A stretch of DNA of 53,164 nt from Alkalispirochaeta sp. (GCA_965242725.1 CBDESZ010000008.1:1-53164), one strand, 5' to 3'; shown: positions 42,365 through 53,164, counted from the first letter of the stretch. Numbers and translations: made by a program. The notes: a model not told the origin generated them from the sequence alone.

Positions 42365-44791
42365 ATGCATGTAGAAAGAGAATTACAGGCGCTGCTGAGT
42401 GCGGCGTATCAGGAAGCAAAAGAGCGGTCCCATGAGTTTCTTACTCCGGAACACGTTCTTTTTGCGGCGCTCTATTTTGATTTTCCCCGTGCGGTCCTGA
42501 ATGCGTGTCACGTGGATTCCGACGCGATAAAGAAGGAGCTGGAACACTACCTGGATACGGAGATTCCGAAGGTCGACGGCGACGACGATCCGAGTCAGTC
42601 CCTGGGATTTCAGAATGTGATCGAGCGTGCGGTTTTTTCATACCGAGGCGGCCGGCAAGGAATCGGTGGGAATTGGAGACATCCTTGTATCAATCTTTGA
42701 CGAAGCGTCTTCCTTCGGAAGTTACTATCTCCGCAAGGAAGGCCTGGACCGGGTGGACCTCCTTGAGGTCATCAGCCACGGTGTTCCCGAGTGGGACGAT
42801 GATGAGCCCGACTTTGATCTGTCGGGCGACGGATCACACGCACCGGATGAACAGGTAGAAGCGGAAGACGAAGACGATGAAGAAGACGAGGTCGAAGGAA
42901 AGGGGCGGCGGAAGCGGAAACGCGCTCTGGATCAGTTTACCCAGGAACTGGTGGGTGAGGCGTCGGCGGGCAAACTGGAGCCGCTCATCGGTCGGGACGA
43001 TATCCTCGAGCGGACGATACAGGTACTCTGCCGCCGCATGAAAAACAACCCCATGCTCATCGGGGAACCGGGAGTGGGGAAGACGGCGATCGCCCACGGT
43101 CTTGCGGAACGTATCGCCGACGGTACCGTGCCGGATATTCTCAAACATCACAAAGTGTACGCCCTCGATATGGGTGCCATGATCGCCGGAACGAGATATC
43201 GCGGCGATTTTGAGGAACGCATGAAGGCGGTCATGAAGGAACTGGAAAAGGAGCCGAAGGTCATCCTCTTCATCGACGAGATTCACACGATCGTCGGTGC
43301 CGGTGCGGTATCCGGCGGCGCGATGGACGCGGGAAATATGCTGAAACCCGCACTCGCGTCCGGTGCGATACGGTGCATCGGTTCAACGACGTTCGGGGAG
43401 TACAAGAGGTTTTTTGAGCGCGACCGCGCTCTGGCCCGGCGTTTTCAGCGCATCGACATCGACGAGCCGACGGAAGATGAAGCCGTGGCGATTCTCAAGG
43501 GATTACAGGGGCGGTACGAAGAACATCACAACGTACGGTACACCGACGACGCCATCAGAAGCGCCGTCAGGCTGGCGGCGCAGTATATCAATGAACGTTT
43601 TCTGCCCGACAAGGCGATAGACGTCATCGATGAAGCCGGTGCCTATATGCGTATGAAACATTTCCGTGAGACGCCGCCCCCGGGAGAGGAGCGGGAAGAC
43701 GATGGAACGCCTGCTTCCGACGGGACGGGCAAAGCCGATGAAAAAAAACCTTCCCCGGCCGAAAGCGACGCCGCGGGAGGGAAGAACCACCGGATCCGGT
43801 GACCATCGATGAAGGGGAAATTGAAATGGTGGTCTCGAAGATTGCGAAGATCCCGGTGAAGAATGTCACCACCACGGAAAAAGAGCATCTTCAGCACCTG
43901 GCGACGCACCTGCGGGAGCATCTCTTTGGACAGGATCAGGCGATTGACGACGTCGTCGGTGCGGTAAAACGCTCCCGCGCAGGATTCAGGAACGCCGATA
44001 AACCGGTGGCGAGTTTTCTCTTCGTCGGACCCACGGGCGTCGGAAAGACGGAACTGGCCCGGCAGCTTGCGGACCATATGGGTGTTTCTCTCCATCGTTT
44101 CGACATGAGCGAGTATCAGGAAAAACATACGGTCTCCCGTCTTATCGGAAGTCCTCCCGGATACGTGGGCTATGAAGAAGGAGGATTGCTGACCGATGCG
44201 ATTCGCAGGACGCCCCACGCCGTCGTTCTCCTGGACGAAATAGAAAAGGCCCATCGCGACATTTACAACATCCTCCTGCAGGTCATGGACTACGCAACCC
44301 TGACGGACAACTCGGGGAAAAAGGCGGATTTTCGCAACGTCATTCTCATCATGACATCCAATGCCGGCGCCCGGGAGATCGGAAAGCCGATGATCGGGTT
44401 CGGCGATCGCAACGTCACGGAGTCCGCCGTCCACGACGCCGTTGAGAATACCTTTTCGCCGGAGTTTCGCAATCGTCTGGACAAGGTGATACTCTTTCAG
44501 CGCCTTGATGAGGAGATCGTCAAGGACATCGTCCGCAAGGAAATTCTCGCCTTCAATGAACAGCTGGCGGAACGGAACGTGCGGGTGGAAGTACGTGACG
44601 ACGCGGTCACGTGGCTGGCGCGAAAGGGATATTCGCCGGAGTTCGGTGCGCGCAATATTGCCCGTCTGATCGAGTCGGAAGTGAAGGAGTTCTTCGTGGA
44701 CGCCGTACTCTTTGGAGAGCTTGCAGAGGGGGGTGTTGCAGAAGCGGTTGTCGAAGACGATACCATCGTCATTCGCACGCTGTCGGAATAG
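42365..44791 (+). CDS. clpA: ATP-dependent Clp protease ATP-binding subunit ClpA (two apparent frameshifts)
   Basis: [11 protein letters not shown]-domain, [48 protein letters not shown] and [10 protein letters not shown]; breaks near 42635 and 43740-43790. Confidence 0.94.
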
Positions 44792-44802
44792 ACACGGAGC
44801 GG

Positions 44803-45561
44803 ATGGAATACGTCAGCAGCTCCCAGCGCATTCGATTTCCCGATCCCCGCGACGCGAATCCCTGGGGTGTCGTTGCGATGGGCGGCAATCTGTCCCCGGG
44901 GGTGCTCCTTTCCGCGTATGAGCAGGGAGTTTTTCCGTGGTACGAGACGGCGCCGATCATGTGGTACTCTCCCGATCCCCGTTTTGTCCTGGAATTGGAC
45001 CGGTTCCGCCTGGGTAAACGCGTGACCCGGACGCTCAAAAAGGTGCTCTCATCCGGTGAGTGGGGCGTCACCATGGACCGCGCCTTTGACGAGGTTATCC
45101 GTGGGTGCCGGGACATCCGCCGGAACGGCACCGGGAAGGGGACGTGGATAACCGAGGACATGGTGAAAGGGTACAGTGAGCTGCACCGTCTCGGATATAC
45201 CCACTCGGTGGAAGTGTGGCTGCAGGGCGAGCTTGTCGGTGGTCTCTACGGCGTCGGACTGGGCGGATACTTTGCCGGGGAATCGATGTTTTCAGCCGTC
45301 AGGGATGCAAGCAAAATCGCCTTTACCGCACTGGTCGGTCTTCTCGATAGCGTCGCGGTCACAATGATCGACTGTCAAACCTACACGGACTATCTGGCAT
45401 CATTCGGAGCACTCGAAATCCGCAGGGACGGGTTTCTCCGGCGTCTGCCGGCGTTGCTGAAGGAGGAGCGGATACCCCGGCAGTGGTCGGACCGGGACGG
45501 CAGGGAAATGGCAGCCCGGGGCGTGCGCCGGGCTGAACGGAACAACGGCCTCCTTCAGTAG
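44803..45561 (+). CDS. aat: Leucyl/phenylalanyl-tRNA-protein transferase
   Basis: GGNLSPGVLLSAYEQGVFPWY, WYSPDPR, HSVEVW, LVGGLYG, FAGESMFS and IDCQ; ATG 44803 follows GGAG. Confidence 0.94.
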   Translation: MEYVSSSQRIRFPDPRDANPWGVVAMGGNLSPGVLLSAYEQGVFPWYETAPIMWYSPDPRFVLELDRFRLGKRVTRTLKKVLSSGEWGVTMDRAFDEVIRGCRDIRRNGTGKGTWITEDMVKGYSELHRLGYTHSVEVWLQGELVGGLYGVGLGGYFAGESMFSAVRDASKIAFTALVGLLDSVAVTMIDCQTYTDYLASFGALEIRRDGFLRRLPALLKEERIPRQWSDRDGREMAARGVRRAERNNGLLQ

Positions 45562-47213
45562 TGGAAGCCGCTGTCGCCGATAAATTCCCGCAGAATTGAC
45601 TCCGACGGCACAAGTTTCTCCGGAATCGTTGAGAAATTGCGGAGGAAGGTCTGGAGACGGACCGCTTCGTGAAATACGTCATGCCACGGCTTGACCTGGC
45701 GGAGAAGGGGCTCGGCGTAGTTCCTCAGGACGCCCAGTTCATAATCCAGAGCGGTATTGAACGTCGCGTCCGCCGAATCCTGGTAGGGGAATATATAGGT
45801 GTCCTCACCGCGCCGCACAGACGGCCACATCTCCAGCGTCGCCGTTGCACTGTGGCCGCGAAACTGGTGGTCCCGGACCATCCGTCGAATGAGTCGGTTG
45901 TCGGTGGTGCTGATCCGGTTGTGGTCGTCCAGATTGAGCTGGGTGAGGGCGGAGACGTAAATACGAAACTTCCGTTCCGGTGAAATGCGCGGGGTAAGTG
46001 CGTCGTTAAGGCCGTGAATCCCTTCCATCAGGAGGACGCCCCGGGGCGGCAGTTTTATCGTACGGCCACGGTACTCGGGCAGTCCCGTCTTGAAGTTGAA
46101 AAAGGGAATCTCCACTTCTTCACCTTCGAAAATTCTGGTGAGGTGCTGATTGAGCTGGGCAATGTCGATGGCGTCGATGCTTTCAAAATCGTAGTTGCCC
46201 TCTTCGTCACGGGGCGTCTTGTCGCGGGGTACAAAGTAATCGTCCAGAGAGATCATGATCGGTTTCAGACCTATCGCCTGGAGATGAACAGCCAGCTTTT
46301 TCGTGAAGGTTGTCTTTCCCGAGGATGACGGCCCGGCAATGAGAACGATCTTCTCTTTTTCGCCTGTGGCGTCCACCGCGTCGGCGATGGTACCGATCTT
46401 TTTCTCATGAAGCGTTTCATTGACGCGAATGAAATCCTTCACCGTCGATGTTTCAGTCAGACGGTTGAGCTGACCGACCGAGGAAATGCCGAGGACGCGG
46501 CCCCACTCTTTGTACTCCTGGTAGATCTGAAAAAGAGTGGTGCTCCGTCGGCCCGGGGAAACGACCGTGTACTCCCGGGCGGTCGGAAAGACGAGGAGAA
46601 ACCCGTTTTCGTAGGGCTCGATGCTCCAGGTGGTGAGCATGCCTGTTGACGGTGCGAGAGGGCCGTAGGAAAGATCCATGTAGTCGTCGCACCGGTAAAC
46701 GGCGATTTCGCTGTAATTGTGACGTTCCACGAGAAGCGCCGCGTCGCGCATGTTCCGCTCATTGAAATACTCAACGGCGTCGGCATAGGCAGACACGCCC
46801 CTGCGGATCGGCAGATCCCGTTCCACGATATGGGTGAGGCCGTCGCGCAGCTTGTCGATAGAGTTCCTGTCCGCGTCGCGTTTGTCCAGGGAGTAGTAAT
46901 AGGCGTTGCCGAGGGAGTGACCGATCAACAGCCGCGTGTTGGGAAGGACCTTGTACGCCGCAATGGCAAGGGCGTAACAGACGCTCCGGCGGTAGACACG
47001 CTGCCCCTCGGTCGTATTCAGAAAAATGGGGCGTATATGGGCGTTGATGCCGAGACGATAGCTCAGGGCGCGGACTTCGTTGTTTACGAATGCAGCAATG
47101 ACGGGCGCGGTTTCATCTATCCCGCTGCATTGTGACAGCGCTTCTCCGACGGTTACGCCCCGCGTAAAGGTGGTGGTTCCTTCACCGCAGATTTCGATTG
47201 TAATTGACTGCAT
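45555..47213 (-). CDS. Nucleoside (uridine) kinase-like protein with N-terminal ThrRS-like domains
   Basis: N-terminal AAFVNNEVRAL, GHSLGNAYYY and YMDLSYGPLAPSTG; kinase IAGPSSSGKTTF, SLDDYF, EGIHGLN and RLIRRMVRD. Confidence 0.87.
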   Translation of the reverse strand: MQSITIEICGEGTTTFTRGVTVGEALSQCSGIDETAPVIAAFVNNEVRALSYRLGINAHIRPIFLNTTEGQRVYRRSVCYALAIAAYKVLPNTRLLIGHSLGNAYYYSLDKRDADRNSIDKLRDGLTHIVERDLPIRRGVSAYADAVEYFNERNMRDAALLVERHNYSEIAVYRCDDYMDLSYGPLAPSTGMLTTWSIEPYENGFLLVFPTAREYTVVSPGRRSTTLFQIYQEYKEWGRVLGISSVGQLNRLTETSTVKDFIRVNETLHEKKIGTIADAVDATGEKEKIVLIAGPSSSGKTTFTKKLAVHLQAIGLKPIMISLDDYFVPRDKTPRDEEGNYDFESIDAIDIAQLNQHLTRIFEGEEVEIPFFNFKTGLPEYRGRTIKLPPRGVLLMEGIHGLNDALTPRISPERKFRIYVSALTQLNLDDHNRISTTDNRLIRRMVRDHQFRGHSATATLEMWPSVRRGEDTYIFPYQDSADATFNTALDYELGVLRNYAEPLLRQVKPWHDVFHEAVRLQTFLRNFSTIPEKLVPSESILREFIGDSGFHY

Positions 47214-47227
47214 TGTATCCCTTTCGA

Positions 47228-48391
47228 CTACATCGCCGCTTTCAGTCGTGTGGTATCTTCACCGGTGAGTACGCCGGTAACGGCAAACTGACTGGTGTCG
47301 GTGTTTACGACCGGCTGTTCGGTAACGATGTTGCCCTGTTTGTCGGTGATCAGTCGCACAACGGGACTGCGTGGCTTGCTCGGTACGATATCAACGACGA
47401 TTGCCTGATTCCCCGAGGCGAGACGGACAAAGGTGCCGTAGGGGAAGAGGGAGAACGTGCCGACCATCGCCTGCAGGATTTCCTTGTCGTACTTGCTGTT
47501 CTGCCCCGTCAATAGCGTCTTCATGATTGTATGACCGTCGATGGGAGGACGGTAGGGTCGACCGGACGCCATTGCGGCAAAGGTGCTTGAAGGATTGATG
47601 ATCTTGGCGTACTGGGACATTTTGTCCCCCGTAATGCCTCGGGGATAGCCGGTACCGTCAAGAAGCTCCCGCGATTCCAGAACTGCAAGGCACACCTGCA
47701 TGGGGTAGTTGAACTGCCGGAGAACCTTGAAGCCGAGTACCGGGGAAGTGGTAATCGCCTTCTTTTCCGCAGGTGAAAGGTCACGATCGGACATGTACAG
47801 CCTGCTCGGCAGCCGGATCATGCCGATTTCGTGCAGCAGTGACGCGGTTCCTATGTCGATTAGTCTGTGTGGCGGCAGCTTCATCGTCGAAGCCGTTGCC
47901 ACCGCGACGATTGCCGTTTTGACGGCGTGGTCTACGATGTAGTTTGTATTACCCGGATCAAGCTCCGGGATTCTGAGGAGAAATCGACGCTGATCCCTGA
48001 GTTTTGCCTGTATCAGCTTGATCTGCTCGTGGATGGGCTCAATCGGCAACTGATTGTTCTGCAGATAGTTTCCGAAAAGCTGTTCCGAAAAGTGGAGCAG
48101 GTCGGTGTACTCACGGTGCGCCTTTTTCAGCTGCTCCGCGTCCTGCCGGCCCTGGTCAATCGCCGCGAGGGGCGCCTCATCGGCGGAAGAAACGACTCCG
48201 CTCACGGCAGGGGCGTCTTCAGTCACGGAACCTTCCGAGAGGACATGGTCAAAGTTCCACCGTTTGAGACGCTCGATGAGCGCCTCGCTCACCGGGATCT
48301 CCGGGGAGAGGAGGATGTACTTCTCATCCAGGAAGGTCTCCGAAGTCAGAAAATGGCCATCCAGAAGCTCTGAGCGCGCAATTTTATTCAT
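47228..48391 (-). CDS. Degenerate HD-GYP domain protein
   Basis: LLHEIG (HD changed to HE), ESRELLDGTGYPRG (HHE lost), INPSSTFAAM..RPYR, and C-terminal FPYGTFVRL. Confidence 0.85.
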   Translation of the reverse strand: MNKIARSELLDGHFLTSETFLDEKYILLSPEIPVSEALIERLKRWNFDHVLSEGSVTEDAPAVSGVVSSADEAPLAAIDQGRQDAEQLKKAHREYTDLLHFSEQLFGNYLQNNQLPIEPIHEQIKLIQAKLRDQRRFLLRIPELDPGNTNYIVDHAVKTAIVAVATASTMKLPPHRLIDIGTASLLHEIGMIRLPSRLYMSDRDLSPAEKKAITTSPVLGFKVLRQFNYPMQVCLAVLESRELLDGTGYPRGITGDKMSQYAKIINPSSTFAAMASGRPYRPPIDGHTIMKTLLTGQNSKYDKEILQAMVGTFSLFPYGTFVRLASGNQAIVVDIVPSKPRSPVVRLITDKQGNIVTEQPVVNTDTSQFAVTGVLTGEDTTRLKAAM

Positions 48392-48404
48392 CTATTATTC
48401 ACCA

Positions 48405-48433
48405 TTGACCCAGTACTAGCTGCATATTAGACT
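48405..48433 (+). promoter_or_regulatory. sigma70-like promoter
   Basis: TTGACC(48405-48410)-N17-TAGACT(48428-48433) in an AT-rich divergent gap. Confidence 0.5.
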
Positions 48434-48462
48434 GCCGCTAATCATTATAACGGAATTTCATT

Positions 48463-49269
48463 GTGAAACTTAAGACGATATTCATAATCTTCAATATTTT
48501 AATCGCAATTTCATTTCTCGTCGTATTTCTCATGCCCGCCATCTTTCTGGGATGGGAATACGCCGGTCTTTTCTGGAATGACAACTGGTATCTCGTTCTC
48601 CTTTTTTTTGCCGTCCTCTTCCTGCTGAACGCGTATTTTCTTGTCAACAAGCGGTTGTTTACCGCCCTGGAGCGGGAAGACTGGGACGCGGTAATTTCGG
48701 TCCTGGAGGATCGGGTCTTTCAGAAGAAGCGCTACAATCAGGGTACGATACGGCTGCTGGTCAACGCCTACGTCATCCGCTCAAAGAGCGATCGCATTCG
48801 GGATCTCGAGAATGCGGTGCGGGAACACCGACCGAAGCTTCTACCGCGATACGCGCTGCTCTTCGGGGTTCCCCATCTGCTCTCCAACAACGGGCCGGAA
48901 ATTACCGGGTATTATGAGCCATTTCTCGATACCGTCTCCGGCGCGGACGGCAACTGGATCCGCTGGAGTTACGCGTTCGGTCTCATGCTTCAGGAACGTT
49001 CCGGTGAGGCCCGGGAAACTCTTGAGGAACTGTGCCGCACGGGCAAAGACCCCATCGTACGGGCATTGAGTTCCTATCTCATGGAGGCCTACGCCGAATC
49101 GGACGATTCCGTGCGGGCCCAAATCGATGAGTGCCGGGCGTCCATAACCGCAAAGTACAGCATTGCCGAATGGCGTCACCTCGTTGAAAAGAAACGGGGT
49201 GAATTGTACGTTCTGATATTGAGTAAACTCCTCAACGATGTCGCCGACTGGCTGTATAAGGAAGATTGA
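48463..49269 (+). CDS. Membrane protein of unknown function (2 TM plus helical domain)
   Basis: Two N-terminal hydrophobic segments followed by LFTALEREDW; TGATG coupling to alaA. Confidence 0.75.
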   Translation: MKLKTIFIIFNILIAISFLVVFLMPAIFLGWEYAGLFWNDNWYLVLLFFAVLFLLNAYFLVNKRLFTALEREDWDAVISVLEDRVFQKKRYNQGTIRLLVNAYVIRSKSDRIRDLENAVREHRPKLLPRYALLFGVPHLLSNNGPEITGYYEPFLDTVSGADGNWIRWSYAFGLMLQERSGEARETLEELCRTGKDPIVRALSSYLMEAYAESDDSVRAQIDECRASITAKYSIAEWRHLVEKKRGELYVLILSKLLNDVADWLYKED

Positions 49270-50495
49270 TGAAAGGTGATGCCCACTACACCAAATCGGA
49301 TAAACTCCGGGACGTCTGTTACGACATTCGCGGACCCGTCCTTGAAGAAGCGCAACGGCTGGAAGAGGAGGGGTACCGCATAACCAAGCTGAATATCGGA
49401 AATCCCGCTCCCTTCGGCTTCGATGCTCCCGACGAGCTTCTTCATGACGTGATCGTGAATCTTCGCGCCGCCCAGGGATATGTGGACAGCAAAGGCATTT
49501 TCGCGGGACGCAAGGCGGTGATGCAGCACTATCAGGCGCGGGGATTGCTGGATGTCCAAACGGAGGACATCTACATCGGCAACGGTGTAAGTGAGCTCAT
49601 CGTCATGAGTATGCAAGGCCTTCTCAACAACGGTGACGAGGTTCTCGTTCCTTCACCGGATTATCCTCTCTGGACCGCCGCTGTTCATCTCAGCGGTGGA
49701 AAACCGGTCCACTATATCTGCGACGAGAGTTCGGACTGGAATCCGGATATCAACGATATCCGCAGCAAGGTGAATGACCGTACCAAGGGCATCGTCGTCA
49801 TTAACCCCAACAATCCAACCGGCGCAGTATACCCCCGGGAGGTCATTGAGGAGATACACGATCTGGCGGCGGAAAACGGGCTGCTCGTATTTGCCGACGA
49901 GATATACGACAAGATTCTCTACGATGACGCGGAACACGTGTCGATAGCGACCTATTGCCGGGACATTCCGTGCATTACCTTCAACGGTCTTTCCAAGGCA
50001 TACCGCGCGGCAGGTTTCAGAGCGGGGTGGATGGTCCTGAGCGGCAAACTTTCGATGATCCGCGACTATCGGGAAGGTCTCGATATTCTTTCGAATATGC
50101 GTCTCTGCAGTAACGCGCCCGCCCAATTCGCCATCCAGGCGGCACTGGGAGGATATCAGAGCATTCGGGACCTCGTGCTTCCCGGCGGAAGGCTCAGGGA
50201 GCAGCGGGATGTGGCGTGGGAGCTGGTAAACGATATTCCCGGCTTGAGCGCGGTGAAGCCAAAGGGGGCGCTCTATCTCTTCCCGAGGATCGACACGAAG
50301 CGCTACAACATCACCAACGACCAGAAATTTGTCTACGATCTGCTTGTTGAAAAACATATCCTCCTCGTTCAGGGTACGGGTTTCAACTGGAATCGACCCG
50401 ACCATTTCAGAATCGTCTTTCTCCCTGACCGGGAACAGCTGCGCGATGCAATCCACGACATCGGTGATTTTCTGACCTATTATCGACAGGAGTGA
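49269..50495 (+). CDS. alaA: PLP-dependent alanine transaminase AlaA-like
   Basis: YDIRGPV, KLNIGNPAPFGF, INPNNPTGAVY, DEIYDK, FNGLSKAYRAAGFRAGW and VQGTGFNW..PDHFRIVFLP. Confidence 0.9.
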   Translation: MKGDAHYTKSDKLRDVCYDIRGPVLEEAQRLEEEGYRITKLNIGNPAPFGFDAPDELLHDVIVNLRAAQGYVDSKGIFAGRKAVMQHYQARGLLDVQTEDIYIGNGVSELIVMSMQGLLNNGDEVLVPSPDYPLWTAAVHLSGGKPVHYICDESSDWNPDINDIRSKVNDRTKGIVVINPNNPTGAVYPREVIEEIHDLAAENGLLVFADEIYDKILYDDAEHVSIATYCRDIPCITFNGLSKAYRAAGFRAGWMVLSGKLSMIRDYREGLDILSNMRLCSNAPAQFAIQAALGGYQSIRDLVLPGGRLREQRDVAWELVNDIPGLSAVKPKGALYLFPRIDTKRYNITNDQKFVYDLLVEKHILLVQGTGFNWNRPDHFRIVFLPDREQLRDAIHDIGDFLTYYRQE

Positions 50496-50553
50496 CGCGG
50501 TCGCGGGTAACTTGAAGTCATGAGGACAGGCTCTATATAATCCGCGGTACGAT

Positions 50554-52098
50554 ATGGGACAAAAAATACGAGTACGATACGCTCCGTCGCCGACGGGAAT
50601 GCAACACATCGGGGGAATCAGAACGGCCCTCTTCAACTACTTTTTTGCCCGCTCCCGGGGAGGAGCGTTTATTCTTCGTGTTGAAGATACCGACCAGACG
50701 CGTTTTCATCCCGATGCGCTGCAGGACATTTATGACACCTTTGAATGGCTGGGGATTCACGCCGACGAAAGTCCCGCCTCGGACGGTCCCTTTGGACCCT
50801 ACGTTCAGTCTCAACGGGTAGAGCTCTACCGGGAATATGCAAAACGCCTGGTGGACGAAGGACACGCCTATCTCGACTACAGCACCAAGGGCGCGAGAGA
50901 AGAGGGCCACGGTGAAGGAGACCATACGAAGGGAGGCGGATACAACTATGAAGGCCGTTCCCTTACCGCTGAAGAGATAGAGACAAAAAAGGCGGAGGGG
51001 GTAACCCCGGTCGTCAGGTTGCTCGTCCCGCTTGAAGGCAGCACGGAATTTCATGATCTCGTTCTCGGAAAGATCAAAAGCAGGAATAAGGATATTCCCG
51101 CCGACCCGATACTCCTGAAGTCCGACGGCTATCCCACCTACCACCTGGCAAACGTCATCGACGACCATTTAATGGAAATTTCCCACGTCATGCGGGCCCA
51201 GGAGTGGATACCCTCCACACCGATTCACGTCCTCTTGTATCGCGCCTTTGGATGGGAGCCGCCGCATTTTGCCCATCTGCCGATGGTCATGGGCAAAGAC
51301 GGCAGCAAGTTGTCAAAGCGACATGGAGCGACGAGTGTCATAGAGTTCCGACGTCAGGGCTATCTTCCTGAAGCGATCGTAAATTACGTTACCATGCTGG
51401 GATGGTCCTACGACGACTCACGGGAGTTCTTTACCCGGGAGGAGCTGGAACGCTTCTTTTCGGTGGAAAAGATAAACAAAGCACCGGCGGTCTTCGATTA
51501 CAAGAAACTCGACTGGTACAACGGTCAGTATATTCGGCAATGCAGCGACGACCGCCTCCTGACGCTGCTGCTTCCCTACCTCCAGGACGCCGGATGGGTC
51601 ACGGAATCGGACGAACGGGACGTTCCAACGGGTGAGCGTGAACGCCTTCAATCCCTGTTGCCTCTCGTGAAGGAGCGTCTCAGGACACTATCCGACGTGG
51701 TGCCGCTCCTGCGCTTTGTCTATGATGAGGTGGAGAGCTGGGATCTGGAGGAGCTCATTCCCAAAAAGGCAACGCCTTCGGAAGCGCTTGTGTGGCTGGA
51801 ACGGGCGGAGGCGGTCCTGCGGAGCCGCGGCACCGACGGCTCCGCCATAGGCGCCACCGACACGGGCGCCACAACCTCCTTAAACGAAGAGGAACTGGAC
51901 AACGCCTTTCGTGCTGCCGCGGAAGAGGCGGGCACAAAACTCGGCAACCTGATGATGCCCCTCCGTGTGGCGGTAACGGGAAGCAGGATATCTCCGCCGC
52001 TTCTCGGATCGATCGCGGTTCTGGGACTTGATGAGGCTTTCAGACGGATAGACGGCGCAAAAGAGACGCTGCGTGCGGCGGCGAATCACGAACAATGA
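50554..52098 (+). CDS. gltX: Glutamate--tRNA ligase
   Basis: RYAPSPTG, HIGG, LRVEDTDQ, PTYHLANVIDDHLM and KLSKRHGA. Confidence 0.97.
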   Translation: MGQKIRVRYAPSPTGMQHIGGIRTALFNYFFARSRGGAFILRVEDTDQTRFHPDALQDIYDTFEWLGIHADESPASDGPFGPYVQSQRVELYREYAKRLVDEGHAYLDYSTKGAREEGHGEGDHTKGGGYNYEGRSLTAEEIETKKAEGVTPVVRLLVPLEGSTEFHDLVLGKIKSRNKDIPADPILLKSDGYPTYHLANVIDDHLMEISHVMRAQEWIPSTPIHVLLYRAFGWEPPHFAHLPMVMGKDGSKLSKRHGATSVIEFRRQGYLPEAIVNYVTMLGWSYDDSREFFTREELERFFSVEKINKAPAVFDYKKLDWYNGQYIRQCSDDRLLTLLLPYLQDAGWVTESDERDVPTGERERLQSLLPLVKERLRTLSDVVPLLRFVYDEVESWDLEELIPKKATPSEALVWLERAEAVLRSRGTDGSAIGATDTGATTSLNEEELDNAFRAAAEEAGTKLGNLMMPLRVAVTGSRISPPLLGSIAVLGLDEAFRRIDGAKETLRAAANHEQ

Positions 52099-52169
52099 TA
52101 CCTGAAAACGGACACAAGATGCCGATTCACCGGTAATGCTGGACGGCACGACGAAAAAGGAGCAGAAAT

Positions 52170-53164
52170 ATGAGCGGTGACCCCAAATCGGTTGACCCCA
52201 AAACAATGGACAAGATCGTCAGTCTGTCAAAACGACGGGGATTCATATTCCCGTCCTCTGAAATCTATGGCGGACTCGCGTCGGCATGGGATTACGGTCC
52301 CCTGGGTGTCGAGCTGAAGAGCAACATTCAGCGATTCTGGTGGAAAGAGATGACCCAGCTCCACGACAACATCGTGGGCCTCGACGCGGCGATTCTCATG
52401 CATCCCACCGTCTGGAAGGCGTCGGGTCACGTTGATAATTTCTCCGACATGATGGTGGAAGACACCGTCACCAACGAGCGGTATCGATGGGATCACCTCA
52501 CCGAAGAACAGCGCAGCACAAAGACGAGCCCCAACGGAAATCCCCTTTCAGAGCCGCGGCAGTTCAACCTCATGTTTGAAACGCATCTCGGTCCCGCCAC
52601 CGACTCGGGGAGCAAGGTCTATTTGCGACCCGAGACGGCACAGGGAATCTATGTCAACTTCAAGAACGTCGTCCAGACGTCCCGGGTAAAGATTCCCTTC
52701 GGGATCGCCCAGGTGGGAAAGGCGTTCCGGAATGAGATCGTCACCAAGAACTTCATCTTCCGAACCGTTGAATTCGAACAGATGGAAATGCAGTACTTCG
52801 TAAAGCCCGGAGAGGACGACAAGTGGTTCGACTTCTGGAAAGCTGAACGGATGAAGTACTACGACAAGCTGGGAATACGCCTGGACCGGCTGCGCTACGA
52901 GGAGCACGGGCCGGACGAGCTCGCACACTACGCGAAGGCCGCCTTTGACATTCAGTACCTCTTCCCCTTCGGATGGCAGGAGCTGGAAGGTATTCACAAC
53001 CGCACCGACTACGATCTCTCCCGGCACAGTGAGTTCTGCGGGAAGGAGATCAACTACCTCGAGGAAGAGACGAAGGAACGGTACATTCCCTACATCGTAG
53101 AGACCTCGGCGGGACTGACCCGGAGTGTGCTCATGGTCCTCTGTGACGCCTATGAGGAGGAAGA
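52170..53164 (+). CDS. glyQS: Glycine--tRNA ligase, homodimeric type (3' truncated by window; absent from the ORF track)
   Basis: Translated by hand from ATG 52170 (AAGGAG upstream): [77 protein letters not shown] and [13 protein letters not shown]. Confidence 0.95.
   Translation, partial: MSGDPKSVDPKTMDKIVSLSKRRGFIFPSSEIYGGLASAWDYGPLGVELKSNIQRFWWKEMTQLHDNIVGLDAAILMHPTVWKASGHVDNFSDMMVEDTVTNERYRWDHLTEEQRSTKTSPNGNPLSEPRQFNLMFETHLGPATDSGSKVYLRPETAQGIYVNFKNVVQTSRVKIPFGIAQVGKAFRNEIVTKNFIFRTVEFEQMEMQYFVKPGEDDKWFDFWKAERMKYYDKLGIRLDRLRYEEHGPDELAHYAKAAFDIQYLFPFGWQELEGIHNRTDYDLSRHSEFCGKEINYLEEETKERYIPYIVETSAGLTRSVLMVLCDAYEEE

Noticed and set aside
43993..44000. Additional GCCGATAA match
   Set aside because: It lies inside clpA coding sequence with no -35 element or downstream start.

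Overview
GC-rich chromosomal segment of a spirochaete, probably a free-living Spirochaetaceae (Spirochaeta/Alkalispirochaeta-like). The assignment is inferred from gene content and from gene orders I recall from Treponema and Borrelia: rpsT-hup-lnt...bactofilin-rho-rpmE, M23-bactofilin-YaaR-PSP1, lnt/surE-TPR-TPR/NHL, gltX-glyQS and a giant coiled-coil gene. It is mostly core genome: ptsI, der, grpE-dnaK-dnaJ, an rlmB-like gene, tatD, a heterodimeric ABC exporter, two lnt paralogues, rho, L31B, clpS-clpA-aat, alaA, gltX and glyQS. I saw no tRNA, rRNA, CRISPR array, IS element or prophage. Several essential genes are broken by 1-2 nt duplicative insertions that look like sequencing errors. The best candidates for undescribed biology are: (1) an operon encoding a giant TPR protein, an apparently plug-less beta-barrel, ExbB, ExbD and TonB, with no TolB/Pal or classical TonB-dependent receptor; (2) a MerR HTH fused to a degenerate UDP-sugar pyrophosphorylase-like domain; (3) a receiver/pseudo-HisKA protein, a stand-alone adenylate-cyclase tail domain and a bactofilin in one cassette; (4) an exported protein with an NlpC/P60-like Cys motif; (5) a degenerate HD-GYP protein coupled to a ThrRS-domain/uridine-kinase fusion. 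There are also leaderless and sigma28-like promoter signatures. All family assignments come from motif recognition by eye, not from database searches.
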